From assembly GCA_036517255.1 (NCBI GenBank), contig DATDXE010000004.1, positions 30,543 to 94,542 on the forward strand: 64,000 bases of DNA. The letters run 5' to 3'. Positions within the stretch are counted from its first letter, which is position 1, and each line of letters starts with the position of its first letter. The stretch comes from Minisyncoccota bacterium. GTDB taxonomy: Bacteria; Patescibacteriota; Minisyncoccia; Phycocordibacterales; WO2-35-19. Below are positions 30,804-39,812 of this stretch, one piece after another. Both the position numbers and the translations under genes were made by a program. Below the pieces are notes generated by a model. It was not told the origin of the DNA. It was given only the letters and a program-made list of their open reading frames with translations, and ran no database searches.

Positions 30804-30844
30804 GTATAAATGATATCATCAGTAGTTCAGATTAATTTTAGTTA

Positions 30845-31231
30845 TCAACATCGTTCAAAAGATGAGTCTTTTATACAACTTTTCCTAAAAGCTTCGTTCA
30901 TAAAACCCCAATCAAATGTAGCATTGTAAGCGATAAATATAGCTTCCTCCGATTTTTCCGCATACATTTCCATAGCCTCTTTGAGAGAAATGGCATCCTT
31001 CCAATTTTCCTCCATATACCCATTCCTTTCAATCGCTGCAGGAATCGCATTCGCGATATGCTCCGGTTTTACTTTCACATTTAAAGTATCCAAAATTTGT
31101 AGGCTTTTTTGGTCCACCATAACCAGCCCAATCTCAATTATTTCATGTTCCCCAAACACATCCCCACTCGTCTCCAAATCGGTAAAAGCAAGCGGTCTTT
31201 CATTTAATTTACCTAAATTATTGTGTGTCAT
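30845..31231 (-). pseudogene. Truncated DEDDh (DnaQ-like) exonuclease
   Basis: FTDLETSG (ExoI) and AYNATFD (ExoII) present; ends before any ExoIII H-x4-D. Confidence 0.65.
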
Positions 31232-31374
31232 GGTGTGTAGAGAGGCACCCTCTTTACATAAAATTATGTGGTGTAATTTTAATTTGTGACCCAAATGTCT
31301 GGCTTTCAGAACTTTTTTCGTATAGAGATTTAGTAAAATTGAGTATTGAAAGTTTGGAAATAATTATGAAATAG

Positions 31375-31411
31375 AAAAGGCACCGCAGGTTTGAAGACCA
31401 AACGGCGCCTT
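31375..31411 (-). terminator. Intrinsic terminator downstream of the DUF1874 gene
   Basis: AAGGCGCCG...CGGTGCCTTTT on the minus strand. Confidence 0.65.
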
Positions 31412-31479
31412 AATTTGTCATTTTTACGTGTGAACTTCACGCCTCGTTTTGTTACAAAAAACGGTTGGCAAAAAAGAGC

Positions 31480-31815
31480 TCATTTGAGCTGAGATGAATT
31501 CCATCCCACCTGAACTGAGAACCACTGGATAGTGGCTCCAGCCGGGAGCACTCGTGCTCCCTCAGGCAACCTTGGACCCCTGTACTGTCCGACAATGACC
31601 TCGTCTCCGATCCTGACTGCAACCGTTGTGCGGTTGCAAGTCACCGGAACTCCCAAAGTCGAAGAGAACACGTTAGCGGTATCGGTATGACCGACGATGC
31701 TCGTTGCATCTTCCGCGTAGGATGCTGCCTGGTCCACATCAATCTCATCAATGTGGATGTCGACCGGAAAGGTTCCGATCATATTCACCGAGAAAGCATT
31801 GGCGATGTAGCGCAT
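31480..31815 (-). CDS. DUF1874 (STIV B116-like) / AcrIII-1-type cyclic oligoadenylate ring nuclease
   Basis: YIANAFSVNM, SIVGH(43), NR(62), R(82)LPE(85)G match the conserved AcrIII-1 pattern; SD AGGAGG. Confidence 0.85.
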   Translation of the reverse strand: MRYIANAFSVNMIGTFPVDIHIDEIDVDQAASYAEDATSIVGHTDTANVFSSTLGVPVTCNRTTVAVRIGDEVIVGQYRGPRLPEGARVLPAGATIQWFSVQVGWNSSQLK

Positions 31816-31955
31816 GGTCTCCTCCTGGGAGTCTTATGTAAAGTTAAGCCTGTTCTAATTTTTGGAGTCAGGATTTACAGAAGGCTTTTTACGCGGTAGC
31901 TTCGCGTGCCTTTTTTATAGCGGGCAAGACAGACCGCTTTTTCAAAAGTTAATTA

Positions 31956-32927
31956 ACCTTTGAATTTAGACACTCCATAATTGGAGAATGAAAAAATTTA
32001 AACATTTAAGCTATGAGGAAAGAGTAGCAATCTCTTTTCTTCAAGCGGAAGGTTGGAGCACAAGAGATATTGGTGAAAAACTTGGTCGTCATCATTCCTG
32101 CATTGCGTACGAATTGAAAAAGAAAGTTAAAGGCTTGTATGTAGCCAAAAAAGCTCACTACAAGTCATATTGGAGAAGATATTTGAGCAAGAAACAGTGT
32201 ATGAAAGTGGCTCTGGACAGAGAGCTGTCCAAATTCATTCCGGAAAAGCTCAAGGAAGGTTGGTCACCCGAAAGAATATCGGGGTACCTCAAGCTTCAAG
32301 GGAAAACCGTATCAACCAAAGCTGTATACAAGTTTGTGTACAGTCGTTGTTTAGAAAGATTTCTGTTCTGGAGAAAACATCACAAGAAAAGTGGTTGGAA
32401 GAAAAAGAGATATGGCAAAGCCAGTGATGGCAGAAAATATATTGAAGAAAGACCAGCGACACTCTGTTCTGGTCACTGGGAGGGAGACTTCATTGTCTCT
32501 TCTCACAATACTTGTTCTCTTTTGGTCTTGGTTGATCGATATTCCAGAAATACCATCATCAAGAAAATACCAAACAGAAAACACGCAGTTGTAATGCGTG
32601 CTTTCCAAGATTCCTTGCGTCATATGCCGATCAAGACACTGACATTAGACAATGATATATCATTTAACTGTTGGAAGAAACTGGAACAAATACTTAAGTG
32701 TTCTGTGTATTTTTGCCACCCGTATCACTCTTGGGAAAAGGGATTGGTTGAAAACACCAACAGGTGGATTAGATGTTTTGTGCCCAAAAGGAAAGATTTG
32801 AGAGAAGTCACAGACTTGGAGCTTCATTCAACCGAAGAGTTTTTAAACGAAATTCCACGCCAATGTCTTGGATTCAAAACAGCAAAAGAGGTATTATTAA
32901 TTAATCAAAGTGTCTAGATTGAGGGGT
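31956..32927 (+). mobile_element. IS30-family insertion sequence
   Basis: Imperfect terminal inverted repeats ACCTTTGAATTTAGACACT (31956-31974) and AGTGTCTAGATTGAGGGGT (32909-32927) around the transposase. Confidence 0.85.
31988..32917 (+). CDS. IS30 transposase
   Basis: HLSYEER HTH, WSPERI, GHWEGDFI, TLDND, WEKGLVENTN, PRQCLGFKT. Confidence 0.95.
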   Translation: MKKFKHLSYEERVAISFLQAEGWSTRDIGEKLGRHHSCIAYELKKKVKGLYVAKKAHYKSYWRRYLSKKQCMKVALDRELSKFIPEKLKEGWSPERISGYLKLQGKTVSTKAVYKFVYSRCLERFLFWRKHHKKSGWKKKRYGKASDGRKYIEERPATLCSGHWEGDFIVSSHNTCSLLVLVDRYSRNTIIKKIPNRKHAVVMRAFQDSLRHMPIKTLTLDNDISFNCWKKLEQILKCSVYFCHPYHSWEKGLVENTNRWIRCFVPKRKDLREVTDLELHSTEEFLNEIPRQCLGFKTAKEVLLINQSV

Positions 32928-32953
32928 GGGGAAACGAAAGATCTTACGCAGAT

Positions 32954-32982
32954 AGTGTAGCATATTATATATTATTTGTCAA
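32954..32982 (-). promoter_or_regulatory. Consensus sigma70 promoter pointing toward IS30 and the DUF1874 gene
   Basis: TTGACA-17bp-TACACT with extended TG. Confidence 0.6.
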
Positions 32983-33157
32983 CAAGTTTTTCAGAACTAT
33001 GAATAAACCCTACTTATTTAAGGTTATTTAGTGGTTTTCGTTTATTTTAGATAAATTTTAGGAATATGGTTTCAGAACTTTTATATTTCTAAAATACGTT
33101 TAAAAACAAAGATAAAATTAATCTTTGTTCTGAAAAAAGTAGTATCATCCCTTTATG

Positions 33158-33229
33158 TGACCCCACGGAGAGTCGGACTCCGCTTCCCGCCTTGAAAAGG
33201 CGGTGTCCTAACCGATAGACGATGGGGCC
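33158..33229 (-). tRNA. tRNA-Glu(TTC), non-canonical T-loop
   Basis: GGCCCCATCGTCTATCGGTTAGGACACCGCCTTTTCAAGGCGGGAAGCGGAGTCCGACTCTCCGTGGGGTCA. Confidence 0.9.
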
Positions 33230-33361
33230 AAATGATTGCTTTGCAATCACAATTTTCAATTTATAATTTCTAATTTTCAAATAAAAACTAGAAACAAATT
33301 GAACTGACATAGTAACATTTTTTGAAAAAATGGCAAAAAATGTTAGGCTGGTCTATATGGT

Positions 33362-33520
33362 CGCCTTTGCCTCGCGGTAGCTCGGCTTCGGCGGACCGAT
33401 GGATGGGTGGCTGAGTGGTTGAAGGCACCGGTTTCGAAAACCGGCATACTCGAAAGGGTATCGTGAGTTCAAATCTCACCCCATCCGCCTTCGCCTCGCA
33501 GTAGCTCGGCTTCGGCGGGA
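33362..33520 (+). repeat. Direct-repeat palindromes flanking tRNA-Ser(CGA)
   Basis: CGCCTTYGCCTCGCRGTAGCTCGGCTTCGGCGG at 33362 and 33486. Confidence 0.8.
33401..33487 (+). tRNA. tRNA-Ser(CGA)
   Basis: GGATGGGTGGCTGAGTGGTTGAAGGCACCGGTTTCGAAAACCGG..variable arm..GTTCAAATCTCACCCCATCCG. Confidence 0.95.
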
Positions 33521-33573
33521 CACAGTCCGCAGAAGATGAGCGAAGGCGGGAAGATAAATTTTATGTACTAATA

Positions 33574-34737
33574 ATGATAATCCTTGGAATCGAAACAAGT
33601 TGTGATGAGACGGCTATAAGTGTGGTGGAAGCTGAAGGAAATGAAAAAAATCCTAGTTTTAAAGTGCTTGGGTCAGCTATTCACAGTCAAGCAGATATGC
33701 ATTCTTTGTATGGTGGCGTGTATCCAAACTTGGCAAAGAGAGAACACACGAAAAACCTGCCAGCCGTACTTGAAACAGCATTGGAAAAAGCAAAGATGCC
33801 CGCCCGCCTCGCAAGCGAGAGCGTTGCGGGCGGGGAAATAAGCAAAATTGATGCGATAGCAGTAACGGTAGGTCCTGGGTTGGAACCAGCGCTTTGGACG
33901 GGAATTACTTTTGCAAAAGAATTGGCAGAGAAATGGAAAAAACCTCTTATCCCAACTAACCACATGGAAGGTCACTTGGCATCAGTCTTAATGAATTCAA
34001 AGAATTTTATTAAGCTGATGCCAAGTGATACAGTTTCAAAAGCACACCCTTTTGAAACTGTGCACATAAAATTTCCCGCCCTCGGCCTACTCATATCTGG
34101 AGGCCACACAGAACTAGTCTTACTTAAGAGTTGGACTGAGAAAGAAATAATTGGGGAAACCAAAGATGATGCTGTGGGCGAGGCTTTCGATAAGGTGGCA
34201 AGAATGCTCGGCCTCCCCTATCCTGGTGGACCAGAAATATCTAAACTTGCCTCAGAAGCCAGGGAACAGAACTTCCACTTGGAAACTAAGTTTCCAAGAC
34301 CGATGATAAAATCGGGAGATTTAAATTTTTCTTTTTCAGGATTGAAGACTGCTGTTTTATATTATTTGAGAAAACCCCATCCGGCACCTCGCAAAGCCTC
34401 TGACCACCTTCCCCTTGATCAGGGGAAGGAATACCAAAAGATCGCACGGGAATTTGAGGATGCAGTAGTCGAAGTTCTAATAGAAAAAACAAAGACGGCT
34501 ATTGCTCTTCATAATCCACATACTCTTATAATTGGCGGCGGGGTAATATCGAATAATTTAATACGAGAAAAATTTGAAGCATTAGTAAAAGAATATCCGA
34601 ATATGGAACTAAAAATTCCTGAAAAATCACTGACGACCGACAATGCTACTATGATCGCCATGGCCGGCTACCTCTCCTTCATAACCAAAAGCGCGCAACC
34701 AGAATTGCGCGCTCAAGGAAACTTAAAATATTTGTAA
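33574..34737 (+). CDS. tsaD: tRNA N6-threonylcarbamoyladenosine transferase TsaD, carrying three in-frame palindromic insertions
   Basis: LGIETSCDET, NHMEGH, SGGHT, DDAVGEAFDK, FSFSGLKTA, TDNATMI. Confidence 0.96.
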   Translation: MIILGIETSCDETAISVVEAEGNEKNPSFKVLGSAIHSQADMHSLYGGVYPNLAKREHTKNLPAVLETALEKAKMPARLASESVAGGEISKIDAIAVTVGPGLEPALWTGITFAKELAEKWKKPLIPTNHMEGHLASVLMNSKNFIKLMPSDTVSKAHPFETVHIKFPALGLLISGGHTELVLLKSWTEKEIIGETKDDAVGEAFDKVARMLGLPYPGGPEISKLASEAREQNFHLETKFPRPMIKSGDLNFSFSGLKTAVLYYLRKPHPAPRKASDHLPLDQGKEYQKIAREFEDAVVEVLIEKTKTAIALHNPHTLIIGGGVISNNLIREKFEALVKEYPNMELKIPEKSLTTDNATMIAMAGYLSFITKSAQPELRAQGNLKYL

Positions 34738-34741
34738 GTTT

Positions 34742-37396
34742 TTACTCCCCTATAATACCTTTGAATCCTTTCTTTTCACCTTCTTCGGTTACTTTGTCTG
34801 TAAGAGAGCTCGGCTCTTCCACGACTAGAGTAGATATTTTTTCAAGCGAGGCATCATACGAATTATTTTTGATGGCTTCTTTATGAGCAGTGCCGTTACC
34901 GAAGAGGATCACGCCCATCACAATGAGAAAGACGATGACGAATGGCAGGATAGTACAGTAGTGAGCGAAGATAGCCGACAATGCTATAGCTACAATAAGA
35001 AAGATTGCGCTCCAGATAAGTTTCTTCCTGCGGATTTTCATTCTTTCCATTTCATCCCTAGCAGGACCGCCAGAGAATAGCGAAGCAAGGATATAGATGA
35101 CAGCAAGTACGATGAGGAAAACGATGGCACACTCTAACGTGTCAGAAAGACTTTCAGGAATAGAGAAAAGTGAGATAGCAGCATTCCTTAAAACATTAGT
35201 TCCTGCTATTTCACTTCCGTTTATAAAATCAGAATCTGTAGGGTTTTCTGATTCAGTAGAAGTACCGACTCCTATAGAGCCCGAAACATCAGGTATCACG
35301 CCTCCGTTCTCTTCTATATCTTGAATGAAGCTTCTGAAAGAATCGATTTCACTCTGATCTGAAGCAGAAAGGGGGTAGATAGTTTTACAGAATATTTCAT
35401 TTATTTTTTTCTTGGTAAGGATATACACATATCCAGTCGGAGCTGTGTGGCCCCACGGAGCAAGGATATCGTCAGAGTATTTATTCTGGAATCTCGACAC
35501 AGCATCGAAAGTAGCATCGTCAAAGTTAGCTGTGAAGGAAAGATTTTCTCCTTCAAAAGCATTGAGGAAAGATTGGAGTTTTAATACTTCAAGAGGATCA
35601 TTTTGCAAATCCTTTCTCAAATAATCACGCAAGTATGAACAGGTAGTAGCTCCTAGAACAGCACCGCCGCCTATGGTAGTAATGTCACGCCTATGACCAC
35701 CAAGGCCGCCGCCCCCACCTCCTCCGCCACCGCCATTACCCCCAGAATTATCAGTAGGAGGATTCGTAGGAGGAGTAGAAACAGGAGACACGATGACAGA
35801 CCTAGTTACAGAAGTAGAAAGGTTTCCAGAGTCAGTAACGGAATAGGTTACTTCATACGTACCGGCAACAGCTGTATTTACAGTAGTCGTAGTAGCAATT
35901 TCATCGGTCAAATTACCATCCTCAGTATCATTTGCAGTAGCACCTGGATCAGTGAAGGTATCACCTATTGTCAAATTCAAAGGATTGGCACCAATCAAAG
36001 TGATAATTGGTGGAGTGTTGACTGGAGGATTAACACTATTAGCAACATTCAAGGCAATACAATAATATGTATTACCATTCTGTGGATTCAAAACGTAATC
36101 ATAGTTGTCAAAATACAAAACATCCTGATTACAAAACAGTTCAGCACTTACAACATTAGTCTGTGCGTCATTATTTGCATATGGACCATAGAAAGGAATA
36201 TAGCCATTCTTTAATACTTCACGAATCCATACCTTGTCAGAACCTAGAGCCGCAGGAATATCGACTTGAGTTTTACCCTGACTATCAGTCAATCCAAAAG
36301 TAGTCCAGCCGCTACCCGCTGGTCCGACAAAAGATGAACCAGGATCAGTCACTGACTGGTAGCCCCACTCGAATTCCCATCCAGGCTGCAAGTGGCAAGA
36401 AGGATGAGAAGCGAGGAAATCGGAAGCAGTAGAAGCAGTTACATCAGGGCCTCCCACTCCCCAGTTCGGTAAATCGATTTCATTATTACAAACTATTTTT
36501 GTAGCGATAACGCGGAATGTCGTGGCAGGTTCCACAACTACAGTTCTATTAGCAGAGGCTGACGCCCCATCAGAATCAGTGACAGAATAACTAAGAACGT
36601 AATTTCCAGGAAGAGAAGTGTTGACCGAACCAGAAACAGTGATGGAAGAGGTCAAATTACCATCCTCAGTATCATTTGCAGTAGCACCTGGATCAGTGAA
36701 GGTATTACCAGCAATCACAGTAAAAGGATTGGCTCCCAAAAGAGTGAGCACCGGAGGATTGTTCACAGGTACTTCAGGACCACCGCCAGGATTCGTATTA
36801 CAGGTCACAGCCTCGGACTGTACGTTCAATTTAAAGAGTAGCCCGGCTGGATTTGATTGTGGAGTAGCCCCGTCCCAACCAAAATTTTTAACCTTAAAAG
36901 AAATGTTGTTTGAGCCTGTAGTCAAAACTGAACTGAGGTCATAACTATCTTTCTCCTCATCAAAATAATTTAACTCAGAATTATCTTGAGCAAATGGGTT
37001 TCCATTGACAGATATTTCGTAGCCATTGTCAGCGGCCACGATAAGGGAAGCTACAGTCGGAGTGCCGACTATATTAAAGGTGCGAGAAAAAGATGTTTCT
37101 TCATCGATAGTAGGGTTTTCAACAAGAACAGTCTTCCAAATCCAAGTAGCCCCAGGGATGCTTGCTGTCCAACGAGGGTTTGCAGAATATGTTGCTACAG
37201 CATTAGAATTATCAGAAAGAAGAGTGCTAGTATCACTCACTATTTCTAGATTACAAATAGCAAGTGCTTCGGAAGCACCTTCTTCAGCGAAGATAGAAAT
37301 AGGGCTCCCGATAAGTGTCACTACTACAAAAGCGGCTACAATGTTTTTGAATATATTCATGTTATTAATATCTCTAAATAATTTAATACCCCACAA
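34742..37396 (-). CDS. Large surface protein: lectin/beta-galactosidase-like domain, two DUF5011 Ig-like repeats, PG-binding domain, C-terminal TMs
   Basis: Signal peptide; ADNGYEISVNG/NPAGLLF; two FTDPGATANDTEDGNLT repeats; EVLKLQSFLN...AVSRFQ. Confidence 0.8.
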   Translation of the reverse strand: MWGIKLFRDINNMNIFKNIVAAFVVVTLIGSPISIFAEEGASEALAICNLEIVSDTSTLLSDNSNAVATYSANPRWTASIPGATWIWKTVLVENPTIDEETSFSRTFNIVGTPTVASLIVAADNGYEISVNGNPFAQDNSELNYFDEEKDSYDLSSVLTTGSNNISFKVKNFGWDGATPQSNPAGLLFKLNVQSEAVTCNTNPGGGPEVPVNNPPVLTLLGANPFTVIAGNTFTDPGATANDTEDGNLTSSITVSGSVNTSLPGNYVLSYSVTDSDGASASANRTVVVEPATTFRVIATKIVCNNEIDLPNWGVGGPDVTASTASDFLASHPSCHLQPGWEFEWGYQSVTDPGSSFVGPAGSGWTTFGLTDSQGKTQVDIPAALGSDKVWIREVLKNGYIPFYGPYANNDAQTNVVSAELFCNQDVLYFDNYDYVLNPQNGNTYYCIALNVANSVNPPVNTPPIITLIGANPLNLTIGDTFTDPGATANDTEDGNLTDEIATTTTVNTAVAGTYEVTYSVTDSGNLSTSVTRSVIVSPVSTPPTNPPTDNSGGNGGGGGGGGGGLGGHRRDITTIGGGAVLGATTCSYLRDYLRKDLQNDPLEVLKLQSFLNAFEGENLSFTANFDDATFDAVSRFQNKYSDDILAPWGHTAPTGYVYILTKKKINEIFCKTIYPLSASDQSEIDSFRSFIQDIEENGGVIPDVSGSIGVGTSTESENPTDSDFINGSEIAGTNVLRNAAISLFSIPESLSDTLECAIVFLIVLAVIYILASLFSGGPARDEMERMKIRRKKLIWSAIFLIVAIALSAIFAHYCTILPFVIVFLIVMGVILFGNGTAHKEAIKNNSYDASLEKISTLVVEEPSSLTDKVTEEGEKKGFKGIIGE

Positions 37397-37702
37397 TTTA
37401 ATCTATTAACTTATCTCATGTATTAACATAATTGATAGAATATGTCAATAAACATACTAGGAAGTGTCAAGCGACCAAATGCTATTAAAGCCTTATTTAT
37501 CAACGTTTTTTAAAAAGGAGAAAAAATATTAAAATTTTGTCTTTTATAAATCCATATAATCCTAAAAAAGACTTACTTACTAGGTCCTATCAGATATAAA
37601 GGACAACTTACCTAAAAGACAAACTATGTCTTTTAGGTACAAAAGAGTCTATTTTTGCGTTTTTAGTCTTAAAGCTTATTATTAACAAGTAAATATATTG
37701 CT

Positions 37703-39796
37703 ATGAATAAAGAAGTTACAGAAAAACTTAGTAGGCCATATAACCCGAAGGAAATAGAAAATAAGATATACAAAATCTGGGAGAATTCTGGTTTTTTTAA
37801 TCCTGACAATCTTCCCAATAGCGGGAAGCCGTTCACTATCATAATGCCTCCCCCAAACGCCAATGGCAGACTTCATGCTGGTCATGCTCTTTTCATTACT
37901 TTGGAAGATATCATGATCCGCTACAAAAGAATGTGCGGCTTTAAAACTCTTTGGGCTCCAGGAGCTGACCATGCCGGTTTCGAAACTCAGATTGTTTATG
38001 AAAAAGAGTTAGAAAAAGAAGGAAGGTCTAGGTTTAATATGGACCCAAAAGATCTATATACAGAGATCCTTGATTTTACTCTCAAAAATAAATCGGTGAT
38101 GGAAAATGATGTACGGAGCTTGGGGGCTTCCTGCGACTGGTCAAGAGAAAAGTTTACCCTCGACGAAGATGTGGTGCTAGAAACTCAAAAAACATTCAAA
38201 AAGATGTTTGGTGATGGATTGGTATATAGAGGTTCAAGAATTATTAATTGGTGCACCAAACATCAGACTTCCCTATCAGAAGTTGAAACTGAATTTATAG
38301 AGAAGCTAGATGCTCTCTACTATATTAAATACGGACCTTTTACTATTGCTACCGCTAGACCAGAAACTAAGTTTGGCGATAAGTATGTAGTGATGCACCC
38401 GGAAGATCCCCGCTACAAGGAGTATGCAAATGGCGACAAACTAGAAGTGGATTGGATAAATGGCAAAATAGAAGCTACTGTCATCAAAGATGAGGCTATA
38501 GATATGGAATTCGGTACCGGAGTAATGACTATTACCCCTTGGCACGATGAGGTTGATTACAAACTTGCCGAAAAATACAACCTGGAAAAAGAGCAGATCA
38601 TAGACTGGCAAGGCAAACTATTACCGATAGCCGGAGAATTTGCTGGCATGAAAATAAAAGAGGCCAGGCCAAAGATAGTAGAAAAACTGAAAGAACTAGG
38701 CTTACTAATAAAAGTGGAGGAGAACTATAAGCACAATGTAAAAGTTTGCTACAAATGCGAAACCCCCATTGAGCCACAAATAAAAGACCAATGGTTTGTG
38801 AAGATGGAGCCCTTAGCCAAAGAAGCGGTAAAAGCAGTCGAAGCTGGCAAAATAACTTTTATCCCAGATAATTCTCGCAAGATTTTCCTTTACTGGATGA
38901 ATAACCCGATCGACTGGAACATCTCTCGTCAGATTGTTTGGGGTATACCGATACCAGCCAAAGTTTGTGACGCGTGCCACACAGGAGTGCCTGACTTGGA
39001 AAATAAAACAGACAAATGCGAAAAATGCGGCCAAGAGATGAGGCAAGACACTGACACCTTCGATACCTGGTTTTCTTCAGGCCAATGGCCTTATCTCGTA
39101 CTTGGTTATCCTGATTCTTCTGATTTTAAAAATTTCTATTCTACTGATGTGATGGAAACTGGGCGAGATTTAATATTTAAATGGGTTCCAAGGATGGTCT
39201 TCTTCGGCCTTTATCGCACAGGCCAAGTTCCCTTCCACACTGTTTATATGCATGGCTTAGTAAACGACGCCAAAGGCCAGAAGATGAGCAAGAGCAAAGG
39301 CAATGTTATCAGCCCTCTCACTCTAACCGAAAAATATGGCACCGATGCATTAAGAATGTCGCTCATTGTGGGCAATACTCCTGGCACCGACCTCTCTTTA
39401 TCAGAAGAAAAAGTCAACGCTTACAAAAAATTCGCCAACAAAATATGGAACGCTTCTCGTTTTGTCATCGAAAATACAGAACCAAGGGTGACCCTTGGTG
39501 ATGAAAACCAAAAAATAATGGAAGAATTCAACGCCCTGAAAAAAGACATCACTTTAGATATGGAAAACTACCGTTTCTATATGGCGTCCGAAAAAATTTA
39601 CCACTACTTCTGGCACACTTTCGCTGACGTTATTATTGAAAAATCAAAAAAAGATGCTTCTTTAAAACCCCTCCTCCGCCCTCTTCTCGAACAACAGCTC
39701 AAACTCCTCCACCCCTTCATGCCTTTCATCACCGAAGAAGTTTGGTCCCTCCTCGGTCACGATTCCCTTCTCATGATAGAAAAGTGGCCTGAGTAA
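37703..39796 (+). CDS. valS: Valine--tRNA ligase (lacks C-terminal coiled coil)
   Basis: PPPNANGRLHAGH, DHAG, DWNISRQIVWG, DTWFSS, KMSKS. Confidence 0.95.
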   Translation: MNKEVTEKLSRPYNPKEIENKIYKIWENSGFFNPDNLPNSGKPFTIIMPPPNANGRLHAGHALFITLEDIMIRYKRMCGFKTLWAPGADHAGFETQIVYEKELEKEGRSRFNMDPKDLYTEILDFTLKNKSVMENDVRSLGASCDWSREKFTLDEDVVLETQKTFKKMFGDGLVYRGSRIINWCTKHQTSLSEVETEFIEKLDALYYIKYGPFTIATARPETKFGDKYVVMHPEDPRYKEYANGDKLEVDWINGKIEATVIKDEAIDMEFGTGVMTITPWHDEVDYKLAEKYNLEKEQIIDWQGKLLPIAGEFAGMKIKEARPKIVEKLKELGLLIKVEENYKHNVKVCYKCETPIEPQIKDQWFVKMEPLAKEAVKAVEAGKITFIPDNSRKIFLYWMNNPIDWNISRQIVWGIPIPAKVCDACHTGVPDLENKTDKCEKCGQEMRQDTDTFDTWFSSGQWPYLVLGYPDSSDFKNFYSTDVMETGRDLIFKWVPRMVFFGLYRTGQVPFHTVYMHGLVNDAKGQKMSKSKGNVISPLTLTEKYGTDALRMSLIVGNTPGTDLSLSEEKVNAYKKFANKIWNASRFVIENTEPRVTLGDENQKIMEEFNALKKDITLDMENYRFYMASEKIYHYFWHTFADVIIEKSKKDASLKPLLRPLLEQQLKLLHPFMPFITEEVWSLLGHDSLLMIEKWPE
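39481..39499. repeat. Solo CCAAGGGTGACCCTTGG palindrome in frame in valS
   Basis: ACCAAGGGTGACCCTTGGT, translated as PRVTLG. Confidence 0.7.
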
Positions 39797-39812
39797 AAAT
39801 CAAGGACAATAT

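Noticed and set aside
31860-31945. c-di-GMP-I riboswitch in the DUF1874 leader (GCACGCGAAGCTAC resembles GACGCAAAGC)
   Set aside because: The GGCAAA...GAAA P2 arm and P3 receptor are not recognisable; only generic hairpins are present.
30114-33229. Prophage or integrative element between tRNA-Val and tRNA-Glu
   Set aside because: No integrase, phage structural genes or duplicated tRNA 3' end (att site) was found.
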